From Flavobacteriales bacterium (lineage in GTDB: Bacteria; Bacteroidota; Bacteroidia; Palsa-965), in the NCBI GenBank assembly GCA_040377305.1, contig JBEIPA010000006.1, positions 166,770 to 230,769 on the forward strand: a stretch of DNA of 64,000 bases. Reading direction: 5' to 3'. Shown in pieces: positions 9,283 through 18,596 of the stretch. The notes beneath the pieces are model-generated. The model was not told where the DNA came from and did not search any database. It saw only the letters and a list, made by a program, of their open reading frames with translations. Position 1 is the stretch's first letter. Every line of letters starts with the position of its first letter. Both the position numbers and the translations under genes were made by a program.

Positions 9283-10551
9283 ATGAATAAACTTTTTACT
9301 CTCGCAGCGCTGCTTGGAATTTTCGTAGCAGAAACCGCTTCAGCACAATGCACTGGTTTGCGTTATCGCGACATCATGTTCGACGACACAACTATTTCGA
9401 ACATCGCTTACGGATCGAACGTAACGCTTTCTAATGCCGCGACAACCTTGCGACTGGATGTGTGGATGCCGAAGAACGATACAGTTACCAATCGTCCGTT
9501 GATCATTATCGCACATGGTGGAAATTTCCTTGGCGGATCGAAAACCGGTGGTGATGTTCTTCAGTTCTGTAACGACTTTGCAGACATGGGTTACGTTGTT
9601 GCGTCAATCGACTATCGCGTAGGCATGACCAACTTTCCTTTCCCTGGTCCCGATAGCACAGATGCAACAGAAGCGGTTATCCGCGCAGTACACGATGCAA
9701 AAGCTGCCGTGCGTTTCTTCAAGAAAGATTACGCAACCATGGGTAACACGTATGGCATCGACACGTCGAACATTTTCTTCGCGGGTGTTTCTGCTGGAGG
9801 ATTCATGGCCTTGCAGGTTGCTTACCTCGATGAAGAAAATGAATTTCCATCATGGGCCGATTCAACAAATCAGTACGGTTTGCACGGAGGCATTGATGGC
9901 CTGAGCGGAAACCCGGGTTACTCTTCACAAATTCGTGGTGTAATCAATATTGCAGGTGCGCTTGGAGATACTGCCTACATCCATCCCGGAGATGAGCCTT
10001 GCATCAACTTCCACGGCGATGCAGATCAAACTGTTCCTTATGGTTCTGATATGATCTTTCTGGTTGGAGTTTATCCGCTTCTGCAAGTCGACGGATCTTA
10101 TTCAATCGACGCGCGTCTCGATCAGTGTGGAATCACCAACTGTTTCGAAACATACGAAGGACAAGATCACGTTCCTCACGTTGGAAGTGCATTGTACTAC
10201 GACACTACGCTTACACTCACGCGTAACTTCCTCGTGCATTTCCTTTGCGGAGATCCGCTCGACTGCAGCTATTCCAATCCAATTGGCGTGAATGAAATGC
10301 CAACGATTTCTTCTGTGCTGCAAGTTTATCCGAATCCTGCCGATGAGAATCTGAATGTGAATACGACGCGTTTGGTTGGAACTGATTACGTTGTAGAAAT
10401 GTACAACGCACAAGGAGCACTTGTGAACACGCAGGCGGCTGATGTGGATGGAACTACAACCATTAACACAGAAAATCTCGCGCCAGGAATTTATATCATG
10501 AACGTTACCAACGGCGCGCAACTCTGGACACAAAAAGTGTTGATCAAGTAA
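9283..10551 (+). CDS. T9SS-secreted carboxylesterase/lipase (alpha/beta hydrolase)
   Basis: HGGNF oxyanion motif, GVSAGG nucleophile, FHGDAD, HVP; C-terminal VYPNPA...PGIYIM...QKVLIK type-A CTD. Confidence 0.88.
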   Translation: MNKLFTLAALLGIFVAETASAQCTGLRYRDIMFDDTTISNIAYGSNVTLSNAATTLRLDVWMPKNDTVTNRPLIIIAHGGNFLGGSKTGGDVLQFCNDFADMGYVVASIDYRVGMTNFPFPGPDSTDATEAVIRAVHDAKAAVRFFKKDYATMGNTYGIDTSNIFFAGVSAGGFMALQVAYLDEENEFPSWADSTNQYGLHGGIDGLSGNPGYSSQIRGVINIAGALGDTAYIHPGDEPCINFHGDADQTVPYGSDMIFLVGVYPLLQVDGSYSIDARLDQCGITNCFETYEGQDHVPHVGSALYYDTTLTLTRNFLVHFLCGDPLDCSYSNPIGVNEMPTISSVLQVYPNPADENLNVNTTRLVGTDYVVEMYNAQGALVNTQAADVDGTTTINTENLAPGIYIMNVTNGAQLWTQKVLIK

Positions 10552-10552
10552 A

Positions 10553-11917
10553 ATGAAATTTCGTCCGCACATAATTTTCGGAATTACAGCTTCTGCTTTT
10601 GCAGTCTTCAGTGTTATTGAAGGCTGCACACCCGAACTTTCCAATCCCAAGCCTCAACCCGGCACTGCCAACTTCAAAAGAGTGGTTGCTATTGGTGGAG
10701 ATTTCATCGCAGGCTATCAGGACGGTGCGTTGTTCGCAGATGGTCAGGAGAAAAGCATTCCAGCTTTGATGGCACGCCAGTTTGAGTTTGTAGGTGGAGG
10801 AGCATTCAACCAGAATTTAATGGCAAACGGCGCACAAGGTTACGGATGGAACAGCAAGCCCTGGGAAAGTTTGTTTGTGGGCGCATCTCATCTCGGTTAT
10901 CGCGTGGATTGTGAAGGTGTTGAATCTCTCGGGCCGGTGAAAGATTCATTGCCTTGGAACATCGCGGTCATGTGTGTGAACCACAATTTTGTACCAAATA
11001 ATAATTGGGGGGTTCCCTACGCAAAAACAGCCGACTTGTTGAATCCACTTATCGGTCAGTCTCCTAATGGCTATCCTAATTCGTTCTATTACCGCATGTG
11101 CTCCAGTCCAGGTTCTTCGACTGTGACGAGTGATGCAGCAGCTGTAAATCCAACATTCTTCACCGCGTGGATTGGCATGGAAGACATCTTCGAATATGCG
11201 CGTTGTGGTGGAGAAGGAACGACGATTGCTTCTTCCGCGCAGTTCTCGCTTCACCTGGATTCAATTCTTGGTGCACTCACTGCGAACGGAGCAAAAGGTG
11301 TGATTGCAAACATTCCGGATTTTCGTGAGTTTCCATATTACACACTCGTACCCTGGAATGGTGCAGAGCTATCGGCATCGACCGCAGATTCGCTGACTGA
11401 TTATTATTCTCTCACGCTTCCGCACATTCAATTTCACGAAGGCAATAACGGATTCATGATGGCCGATGTGAATCACCCAACCGGCTATCGTCAGATCCGT
11501 CGCAATGAGTACATCACGTTAAGTGTTCCGCTTGATTCTATGAAATGTGAATACATGGGAATTCTCTTCGAAGTGTTGCCCGATCGTTATGTACTCGACA
11601 GCACGGAAGTTTCTTTCATTGATCAGATGGTGGCCGAATATAATTCAGTGATTGCCATCAAAGCCGCACAATACGGATTGGCGCATGTGGACATGAAAAA
11701 TTATTTCCGCTCAGTGAATGCCGGCATCAAATGGGACGGTGTTGATTTCAACGAAACGTTTGTGAGTGGCGGATTTTACTCGCTGGATGGTTATCACCCG
11801 AATCAAAAAGGATATGCCCTGATTGCGAATGAATTTATTTATGCGATCAATGCGAAGTACAGCGCAACAATTCCGCCGTTGAATTGTTTTGATTGTAACG
11901 GAATATTGTTTCCGTAA
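10553..11917 (+). CDS. SGNH/GDSL-family lipoprotein with degenerate catalytic blocks I and III
   Basis: Signal peptide with Cys; VAIGGDFIAGYQDGAL (block I), PTFFTAWIGMED (block III), YSLDGYHPNQKGY (block V). Confidence 0.8.
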   Translation: MKFRPHIIFGITASAFAVFSVIEGCTPELSNPKPQPGTANFKRVVAIGGDFIAGYQDGALFADGQEKSIPALMARQFEFVGGGAFNQNLMANGAQGYGWNSKPWESLFVGASHLGYRVDCEGVESLGPVKDSLPWNIAVMCVNHNFVPNNNWGVPYAKTADLLNPLIGQSPNGYPNSFYYRMCSSPGSSTVTSDAAAVNPTFFTAWIGMEDIFEYARCGGEGTTIASSAQFSLHLDSILGALTANGAKGVIANIPDFREFPYYTLVPWNGAELSASTADSLTDYYSLTLPHIQFHEGNNGFMMADVNHPTGYRQIRRNEYITLSVPLDSMKCEYMGILFEVLPDRYVLDSTEVSFIDQMVAEYNSVIAIKAAQYGLAHVDMKNYFRSVNAGIKWDGVDFNETFVSGGFYSLDGYHPNQKGYALIANEFIYAINAKYSATIPPLNCFDCNGILFP

Positions 11918-11929
11918 CACCATCCTGCC

Positions 11930-12376
11930 TTGGCACAAATAATCATTTTCTCTCTGATCTCCCTGGTTTGTCTAGGGATGAGCGGCTACTTCGGCTACAT
12001 CCTCTGGAAATCAATCGCGTGTTTCTGGTGGCCGCATACGATGGGAAGAATACTTGGAAATGGTCTGAAACAAACCGGTCGGGCGCATGGAGTTCCTATT
12101 TACGGAACAAGAATCAGCTATGCGTATGCTGTTGCTGGTGAAGAGATGATTGGAAGAAAAGTTGATTTTGTGCAGTATGACAACGCGAATGTGGTCAAGC
12201 TATTTACTTCGGGGAAATATTACGAGTTGCAACAAGTGAAAGTGTATTACAATCCGAAAAAACCATCAGAAGCTGTTTTAGAAAGAGGACCGAAGTTAAA
12301 ATACATCTGGCCGTTTTTCTGTGGATTGTTATTTCCGGTTGTGGCGGTGTGCGCTTTTATTTACGGGCGCGATTAG
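11930..12376 (+). CDS. DUF3592-like membrane protein
   Basis: N- and C-terminal TM helices, WPHTMGRI, ISYAYAVAG and VKVYYNPKKPSEAVLE motifs; TTG start. Confidence 0.7.
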   Translation: MAQIIIFSLISLVCLGMSGYFGYILWKSIACFWWPHTMGRILGNGLKQTGRAHGVPIYGTRISYAYAVAGEEMIGRKVDFVQYDNANVVKLFTSGKYYELQQVKVYYNPKKPSEAVLERGPKLKYIWPFFCGLLFPVVAVCAFIYGRD

Positions 12377-12398
12377 CGATAGACCTACAACCCTGTGA

Positions 12399-12923
12399 TT
12401 ACTTCAACGCCTTCGAAAGATTGCTGAAGTACACAGTGTCACCTTCCGGTCCAACATAAAATTCCGGAGTAACGCCGTTACGATCGTAAACATGATCGAT
12501 CATGCAATTCGCACCAAAGCCACAGTTGCGCTCTGAGTTTTCAATCTGCACAAAATCTTTTCGGAAGTAGAATTTGATTTTGCAGGCTTCCACTTCATCG
12601 GGAACTTCGTTAAAGTAAATTCCAGTGTCGCCAACAATTGTTCCGCGACCAGCAAGCAATGCCATGTTGTACGACGGTGCGCCTCGATTGAAGTCGATGT
12701 GAAACAAAAATGTAGAATCAGTTTCGGGATAAACAAAAAGTGTTCCTACTGCCTCGACTTCCGGATTGCTTCCGAAAGAATACACACCGCCCATTGGAGA
12801 ATCGAAAACCGTGGATTGAACGTTTGCGCTGTCCGAGTTTGCAGAGTCGCTGTTTGAGTTCGTGTTATCGCTGGAACAGGCAACGAAGAATATTGCGAAT
12901 AATATTGGGCAGATGTATTTCAT
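12399..12923 (-). CDS. Hypothetical lipoprotein
   Basis: MKYICPILFAIFFVA-C lipobox, Ser/Asn-rich linker, GAPSYNM and CGFG motifs; start trimmed from the ORF track. Confidence 0.65.
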   Translation of the reverse strand: MKYICPILFAIFFVACSSDNTNSNSDSANSDSANVQSTVFDSPMGGVYSFGSNPEVEAVGTLFVYPETDSTFLFHIDFNRGAPSYNMALLAGRGTIVGDTGIYFNEVPDEVEACKIKFYFRKDFVQIENSERNCGFGANCMIDHVYDRNGVTPEFYVGPEGDTVYFSNLSKALK

Positions 12924-13085
12924 GAAAATGGACTTACGTTTCAATTCTCGCGTCGCCTTGCCATCCCTCGGTACGCCCAAGTATTTGGGCAAGTCGCTCC
13001 GCGTTTCATTCAGGCTACTCTGACTGACAATTAGTTGCTACCACAAAAGTCCTTTAGCACATTAGCAGACTAACCCATTAGCACA

Positions 13086-15215
13086 TTACTTCACCGTGCT
13101 TCCGTTATTCTGATTATTCTTCGTCGGCGCTACAAAACTCAATTCTCCTTTATCGTTTTCCGACATGAGAATCATTCCGTTCGACTCAATGCCCATCATT
13201 TTGCGCGGTGCGAGATTGCACAGAATAGTTACCTGCTGACCAACGATGTCTTCCGGTTTGTACCACTTCGCAATTCCACTCAACACGGTGCGTTTGTCGA
13301 TGCCGGTATCGATTTCGAGTTTCAGCAACTTGTCGCTCTTCGCCATTTTCTCAGCGGAGAGAATTGTGCCGATGCGAATATCCATCTTCGCGAAATCGTC
13401 GAACGACGTAGTTTCTTTCTGCGGTTCGAGCGGATTGGTTGGCTGCGAATTGTCAGACCGAGCGGAGTCGAGGGCGGACTGCGCTTTCTCTGCTTCTTCC
13501 TGTTCCTTGCGAATTGTCGCCAGCTTGTCGAGCTGCTTCTTCATCAGCTCAGGATCAACTTTCGCAAACAACATCACCGGTTCTTTCAGCTGGTGTCCCG
13601 ACTGCAAATGATTTGTGCTCTTCGCACTGTTCCATCCAAGCTGACCGATGTTCAGCATGCCGCGCAATTTCTCCGAAGTAAACGGAAGAAAGGGCTGACA
13701 AAGAATGCTGAGGTTCGCGCAGATCTGCAACGAAACATTCAGAATCGTTTTCACGCGTTCCGGATCAGGATTCTTCCACGGCTCGTTATCGGATAAATAT
13801 TTATTTCCAACGCGGGCGAGATTCATCATCTCCATCTGTCCTTCGCGGAATTTGTATTGTGCAATTGCATGGCCAATGCGCTCCGGATATTTTGTAATCT
13901 CCTCGAGCACGAGCAAATCTTCCTTTGTGTATTGTGTTGCTTCCGGAACTTTGCCGGCGAAATTTTTGTGCGTCAACACCATTGTGCGGTGAACGAAATT
14001 GCTGAACACAGCAGTAAGCTCGTTGTTCACACGTGCTTCGTAATCGCCCCAAAGAAAATCACCATCGCTGGTTTCGGGAGAAATTGCGGTCAGTACATAA
14101 CGCAATTCATCCTGCTTGCCCGGCATCTCCTGCAGATATTCGTGCAACCAGATTGCCCAGTTACGCGAAGTAGAAATTTTTCGGCTCTCGAGATTCAGGA
14201 ATTCATTCGCAGGAACATTGTCCGGCAAAATATATCCGCCGTGAGCCATGAGCATCGCAGGGAAAATCAAACAATGGAAAACGATATTATCTTTCCCAAT
14301 GAAGTGAACGAGTTTCGTTTCCTTGTCTTTCCAATACACTTCCCAGTTGTCGCTTTTCGGTTTTCCGCCGTACGACAATGCGTTGCGTGTTTCCGGTTGC
14401 TCGAACCATTCTTTACTTGCAGTGATGTAACCAATGGGCGCATCGAACCACACGTAAAGAACCTTTCCTTCAGCATCTTTCAACGGAACTTTCACGCCCC
14501 AGTTGAGATCACGCGTCATGGCACGTGGATGCAATCCGTTTACCAACCAGGATTTACACTGACCGGCAACATTCGCTTTCCACTCGGGATGCGATGAAAT
14601 ATATTTTTCAAGATCGCCCTGCATCTCATCGAGTGGCAGGAACCAATTCTTCGTAGGCTTTTTCACCGGCGCTGTTCCCGACAAAGCAGAAACAGGATTG
14701 ATCAGTTCATCCGGAGATAAATCTGATCCGCAATTCTCGCACTGGTCTCCGTACGCTTTCGGATTCTGACATCGCGGACACGTTCCAACGATGAAACGAT
14801 CGACGAGAAACATTTTTGCCTGCTCATCGAAATTCTGTTCAGTCGTTTTCTCACGGAAATAGTTCTTGTCGTGAAGCGTCGTGAAAAAATCAGAAGAAAA
14901 TTTATGGTGAACCGGTTTGCTTGTGCGTGAATAAATATCAAACTCGATTCCAAAATCTTTGAAAGACTGGTCGATGACTTTGTAATATTTGTCCACCACT
15001 TCCTGCGGAGATTTTTTCTCCATGAATCCGCGGATCATAATCGGAACACCATGTTCATCGGTTCCGCTTACAAACAACACATCTTCTCCGGTTGAGCGGA
15101 GATAGCGCACGTAAATATCTGATGGTAGGTAACAGCCTGCGAGGTGACCAACGTGGATTGGGCCATTCGCGTAAATGAGGGCTGCTGTGACGGTATATCG
15201 CTTAGGATTATTCAT
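13086..15215 (-). CDS. metG: Methionine--tRNA ligase
   Basis: YANGPIHVGH (HIGH), CPRC/CENC Zn knuckle, YVWFDAPIGY, KISTS (KMSKS) and a C-terminal tRNA-binding domain. Confidence 0.98.
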   Translation of the reverse strand: MNNPKRYTVTAALIYANGPIHVGHLAGCYLPSDIYVRYLRSTGEDVLFVSGTDEHGVPIMIRGFMEKKSPQEVVDKYYKVIDQSFKDFGIEFDIYSRTSKPVHHKFSSDFFTTLHDKNYFREKTTEQNFDEQAKMFLVDRFIVGTCPRCQNPKAYGDQCENCGSDLSPDELINPVSALSGTAPVKKPTKNWFLPLDEMQGDLEKYISSHPEWKANVAGQCKSWLVNGLHPRAMTRDLNWGVKVPLKDAEGKVLYVWFDAPIGYITASKEWFEQPETRNALSYGGKPKSDNWEVYWKDKETKLVHFIGKDNIVFHCLIFPAMLMAHGGYILPDNVPANEFLNLESRKISTSRNWAIWLHEYLQEMPGKQDELRYVLTAISPETSDGDFLWGDYEARVNNELTAVFSNFVHRTMVLTHKNFAGKVPEATQYTKEDLLVLEEITKYPERIGHAIAQYKFREGQMEMMNLARVGNKYLSDNEPWKNPDPERVKTILNVSLQICANLSILCQPFLPFTSEKLRGMLNIGQLGWNSAKSTNHLQSGHQLKEPVMLFAKVDPELMKKQLDKLATIRKEQEEAEKAQSALDSARSDNSQPTNPLEPQKETTSFDDFAKMDIRIGTILSAEKMAKSDKLLKLEIDTGIDKRTVLSGIAKWYKPEDIVGQQVTILCNLAPRKMMGIESNGMILMSENDKGELSFVAPTKNNQNNGSTVK
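13451..13475. repeat. REP-like palindrome half, in frame inside the metG linker
   Basis: Reverse complement gccctcgactccgctcggtctgaca matches intergenic 42372-42396 at 23 of 25 nt. Confidence 0.7.
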
Positions 15216-15240
15216 AAAATTCAGAGAGCGAAGATACGGA

Positions 15241-15333
15241 AATGGGTATTAGGGGATTAGGGTATTGGGGTAATCGGGTTAAACTTAGATTGCCTAAGTC
15301 CCCTATTTCCCCAATCCCTTAATTCCCATTCCT
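15241..15333. repeat. Imperfect inverted repeat of short units between the divergent metG and LD-carboxypeptidase promoters
   Basis: aatgggtattaggggattagggtattgggg ... ccctatttccccaatcccttaattcccatt. Confidence 0.6.
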
Positions 15334-15345
15334 ATCTTTGCTTCC

Positions 15346-16251
15346 ATGACCGCACGTAAACCAGAGCCACTTAAAGCCGGAGACTCCATCGGCATTTGTT
15401 CACCCGCACGTAAAATTCCTGCTGAGGATATTGAATCGGCTGTAACCATGATTGAAGAGCAAGGATATTTTCCTGTCCTGGGAAAGAACATGTTCAACGA
15501 GCATCACCAATTTTCGGGAACAGATGATGAACGTGCGGAAGATCTTCAGGTGTTTCTGGATGATCCGAATATCAAAGCCGTGTTGTTTGCACGAGGCGGA
15601 TACGGAACGATGCGCATCATTGACAAACTCGACTGGACAGAATTCGACAAGAATCCGAAATGGCTGATTGGCTATAGCGATATAACGGTGTTGCACAATC
15701 ACGTTCACACGAAACTGAATGTGGAAACGCTTCACGCCACCATGCCGATCAACTTTGGAAAAGATTTACATTCTACAGAATCACTTTTCAAAGTGGCGAC
15801 CGGTCACGCGATGATTCACGAAGCGCCGAACGAAGGTTCTGTTCCGAATCGTGCAGGAATAGTAACCGCGCCTATTATCGGAGGAAATCTCTCTTTGATT
15901 TTCGCGTTGCAAGGATCTGTTTCTGATCTCGACACCAAGGGGAAAATCCTCTTCATAGAAGATATTGATGAATATCTATATCATATAGACAGAATGATTC
16001 TGGGTCTGAAACGTGCCGGAAAACTTTCACAGCTGGCGGGGCTTGTTGTCGGCGGAATGACCGACATGAAAGACAACGCGGTTCCGTTCGGACAAACGGC
16101 AGAAGAGATTATTGAATCACACGTCGCTGAATATGATTTCCCGGTGTGCTACAATTTCCCGGCAGGACATGATTACAGGAATTATGCGCTGCCATTGGGA
16201 AGAACTGTGCATTTGCACGTTGAGCAATCATCGGCTAAAATTGAATTTTAA
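15346..16251 (+). CDS. ldcA: LD-carboxypeptidase (peptidase S66)
   Basis: LKAGDSIGICSPA, ARGGYG, IGYSDIT (catalytic Ser), GGNLS, LFIED, PAGH. Confidence 0.93.
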   Translation: MTARKPEPLKAGDSIGICSPARKIPAEDIESAVTMIEEQGYFPVLGKNMFNEHHQFSGTDDERAEDLQVFLDDPNIKAVLFARGGYGTMRIIDKLDWTEFDKNPKWLIGYSDITVLHNHVHTKLNVETLHATMPINFGKDLHSTESLFKVATGHAMIHEAPNEGSVPNRAGIVTAPIIGGNLSLIFALQGSVSDLDTKGKILFIEDIDEYLYHIDRMILGLKRAGKLSQLAGLVVGGMTDMKDNAVPFGQTAEEIIESHVAEYDFPVCYNFPAGHDYRNYALPLGRTVHLHVEQSSAKIEF

Positions 16252-16266
16252 GAATCAAGTTTGCTC

Positions 16267-16351
16267 GTTCCCGGTTCCCGGTTCCCGGTAGTGCCATACT
16301 TAATTTGTTGATTTCCACATTCTACTAACGGGGAACCGGAAACAAGGGAAC
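16267..16351. repeat. Heptamer-repeat inverted structure
   Basis: (gttcccg)x3 ... cggggaaccggaaacaagggaac. Confidence 0.6.
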
Positions 16352-16401
16352 TTAAACGTTTGTAAACGGCTATTTCCCAGCCACTTGTCTACCTTTGTTC
16401 C

Positions 16402-16767
16402 ATGATGAACGAGAAGCAAGCACTCGGCAAATGGGGTGAATTGGAGGCGATCCGTCTGCTGAAAGAGAACGGACTCGAAGTAATTGAAGCGAACTGGACC
16501 TTCCTGCATTTGGAAATTGACATTGTTGCGAAAGATGGCGACACACTCGTTGTTGTTGAAGTGAAAACACGATCAACCGATGCATACGGCGAACCCGAAA
16601 TGTTTGTCTCGAGAGCGAAACAGAAGAAATTGATTCGTGCGGCGAATTGGTATTTGCAGAACAAAAAGCTGAACAATGAAGTGAGGTTTGATGTGATTGG
16701 AATTGTTAGATCTGGCGATCAAGTGATTTCCAAATATGTACAATGTGCATTTAGTGCGATTGGATAA
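16402..16767 (+). CDS. yraN: YraN-family (UPF0102) putative endonuclease
   Basis: GKWGE..A, EIDIVA, VEVKTR and VRFDVI motifs. Confidence 0.93.
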   Translation: MMNEKQALGKWGELEAIRLLKENGLEVIEANWTFLHLEIDIVAKDGDTLVVVEVKTRSTDAYGEPEMFVSRAKQKKLIRAANWYLQNKKLNNEVRFDVIGIVRSGDQVISKYVQCAFSAIG

Positions 16768-16865
16768 TTGCGTTGATTTACTCCGAATTCGTGCAAGCAA
16801 ACCCTACTGAGTTCATGCAATCGTACCTGTAATACCACTATATTTAGTACAGGCAAAACCCCAGC

Positions 16866-18476
16866 ATGAAATCAGCACTACTCACCAGTATTTTTGTAAT
16901 TACAGGTCTTTCTCTGTTCTCGCAATCGACATTTTACCGGAATATTTTCGGCGACCGCTATCCAAGCGCAAACAATCAAGCACCGCAGTTTACTGCACTG
17001 GACACCCTTTCTGACGGAGGCTATATTCTTTCAGCAAGCATTGGTCCTGGTGCACAGTTCTGCACATACATGCGTCTGGACAGTTCGTTCAATACGCTCT
17101 GGACCAAGTCGTATGCAACAACGCCCTCAGCAGCATTATATAATGCAGCCGAACTGGACGATCACGGTCATGTCGGAATATTTATTGATTCAGTTCAAAC
17201 ATACTTTCTGAAGACCAACGCCAACGGGAATGTGGCCTTCTGCAAGTACTATACGCTCGGGCCCAATGGCGTAGTAAGTACTGGTTGTGTAAAAAGATCA
17301 GCTGAAGCAGATTCCGGTTTTGTTTCCGTACTCGGAGAGTGTGCTATGGCATACGGCATTGCGAAATTTGATAAGTACGGAGAAACAGAATGGGTGTCGA
17401 ATTACACTTCACCACTCGGATTTCTGGGATCGAATGTATATGATCTTCATCCTGCATTCGGTGGAGGATATATTTCAACCGGTCAGCTTCTGAATTCAAG
17501 TGATCTACAAAGCAGTGCCATTATTATTCATTCCGGAAATCAAGGTCAGGTTATTTCAAGTCGGCGTATTCAGTTCGATTCAGCTGCAGGTATCCATACA
17601 CGCATAACTGAGTTTACCTGGTCACCATCTGAGCAGTGTTATTACGCTACTGCCGGAACGTTTTACGGCGTTCCGTATGTGAACCACAAGTATTTCTACC
17701 TGCTTAAACTTGACACCGGACTGAATGTTATGAATGCGTGGCGTATTAATGCTCCGAATGCATCTACAGAAATGCTCATACAGAACATGATCGTTGCTGC
17801 TGACAGTGGCGTTGTGATCAATGGCGTGATGCAGGATTCAACAAACGGCCTGTACAAATTTTTTATGATCAAATTTGATCCTGCAACCGGAGTGATCGAA
17901 TGGAGCAAATCAATCCGAGGTATCACGAGTCCGCAGTGGTACTTTGCCTCCAGTGCCATCAAAGGCATCGGTTTGTTCGGACCCAATAACGACATTCTAT
18001 TCGGCGCAACGGTAAACAATGACGGCTGTGGTCTTGCATCTATTCATTCGGATGGAACGGGACTTTGCGTTGCAATTGACACGCTGATCACCAGTTCTTC
18101 TGCTTCCAACTGGATTTGCAGAAACACCACAATCAATAATGCGCCTACTTCGTTCATCTCCTACACGCGTAGTCTTGCCATTCTGGACGAAACGTTCAAC
18201 GACAGTTTATTCTGCGGAACATGGACTTCAGTGCCTGAGCCGGAAAAATCTGAGCCCACCTTATTCACAGCTAGTTCATCGTGGGGAATTACAACGCTAT
18301 ATTCAGCCAGCCCAGAACAGCTGACGATCGAGGTTTTCAGCAATACCGGTCAACTGATCCTGAAAGAAGCACTTTCGCCATATTCCGTCACTTCCTTCTC
18401 AATGCAAAGTGAAGGGATGTACATAATCCGTGCAAGCAATCAGGTAAATTCCCAGACAATGAAGCTCATCAGGTAA
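16866..18476 (+). CDS. Secreted beta-propeller-like protein with probable T9SS type-A CTD
   Basis: Signal peptide; repeated LDSSFNTLWTKSY / KFDKYGETEW / KFDPATGVIEWSK blades; C-terminal EGMYIIRA...TMKLIR. Confidence 0.65.
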   Translation: MKSALLTSIFVITGLSLFSQSTFYRNIFGDRYPSANNQAPQFTALDTLSDGGYILSASIGPGAQFCTYMRLDSSFNTLWTKSYATTPSAALYNAAELDDHGHVGIFIDSVQTYFLKTNANGNVAFCKYYTLGPNGVVSTGCVKRSAEADSGFVSVLGECAMAYGIAKFDKYGETEWVSNYTSPLGFLGSNVYDLHPAFGGGYISTGQLLNSSDLQSSAIIIHSGNQGQVISSRRIQFDSAAGIHTRITEFTWSPSEQCYYATAGTFYGVPYVNHKYFYLLKLDTGLNVMNAWRINAPNASTEMLIQNMIVAADSGVVINGVMQDSTNGLYKFFMIKFDPATGVIEWSKSIRGITSPQWYFASSAIKGIGLFGPNNDILFGATVNNDGCGLASIHSDGTGLCVAIDTLITSSSASNWICRNTTINNAPTSFISYTRSLAILDETFNDSLFCGTWTSVPEPEKSEPTLFTASSSWGITTLYSASPEQLTIEVFSNTGQLILKEALSPYSVTSFSMQSEGMYIIRASNQVNSQTMKLIR

Positions 18477-18596
18477 GAGATCTAACTGTCAATATCATTG
18501 ATTTCTGATCTGTTCCCGGAGTATCGAATTGTAAGAAGCAACGTCAGTGGACGCCGGCTGTTATTCCGTACCTTTGCGGCTTAATTAACAAAGCAA

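Noticed and set aside
13857-14597. Long antisense ORFs opposite metG and other conserved genes (e.g. 32718-33302, 51953-52585)
   Set aside because: Shadow ORFs arising from codon bias of the real genes; no recognisable motifs
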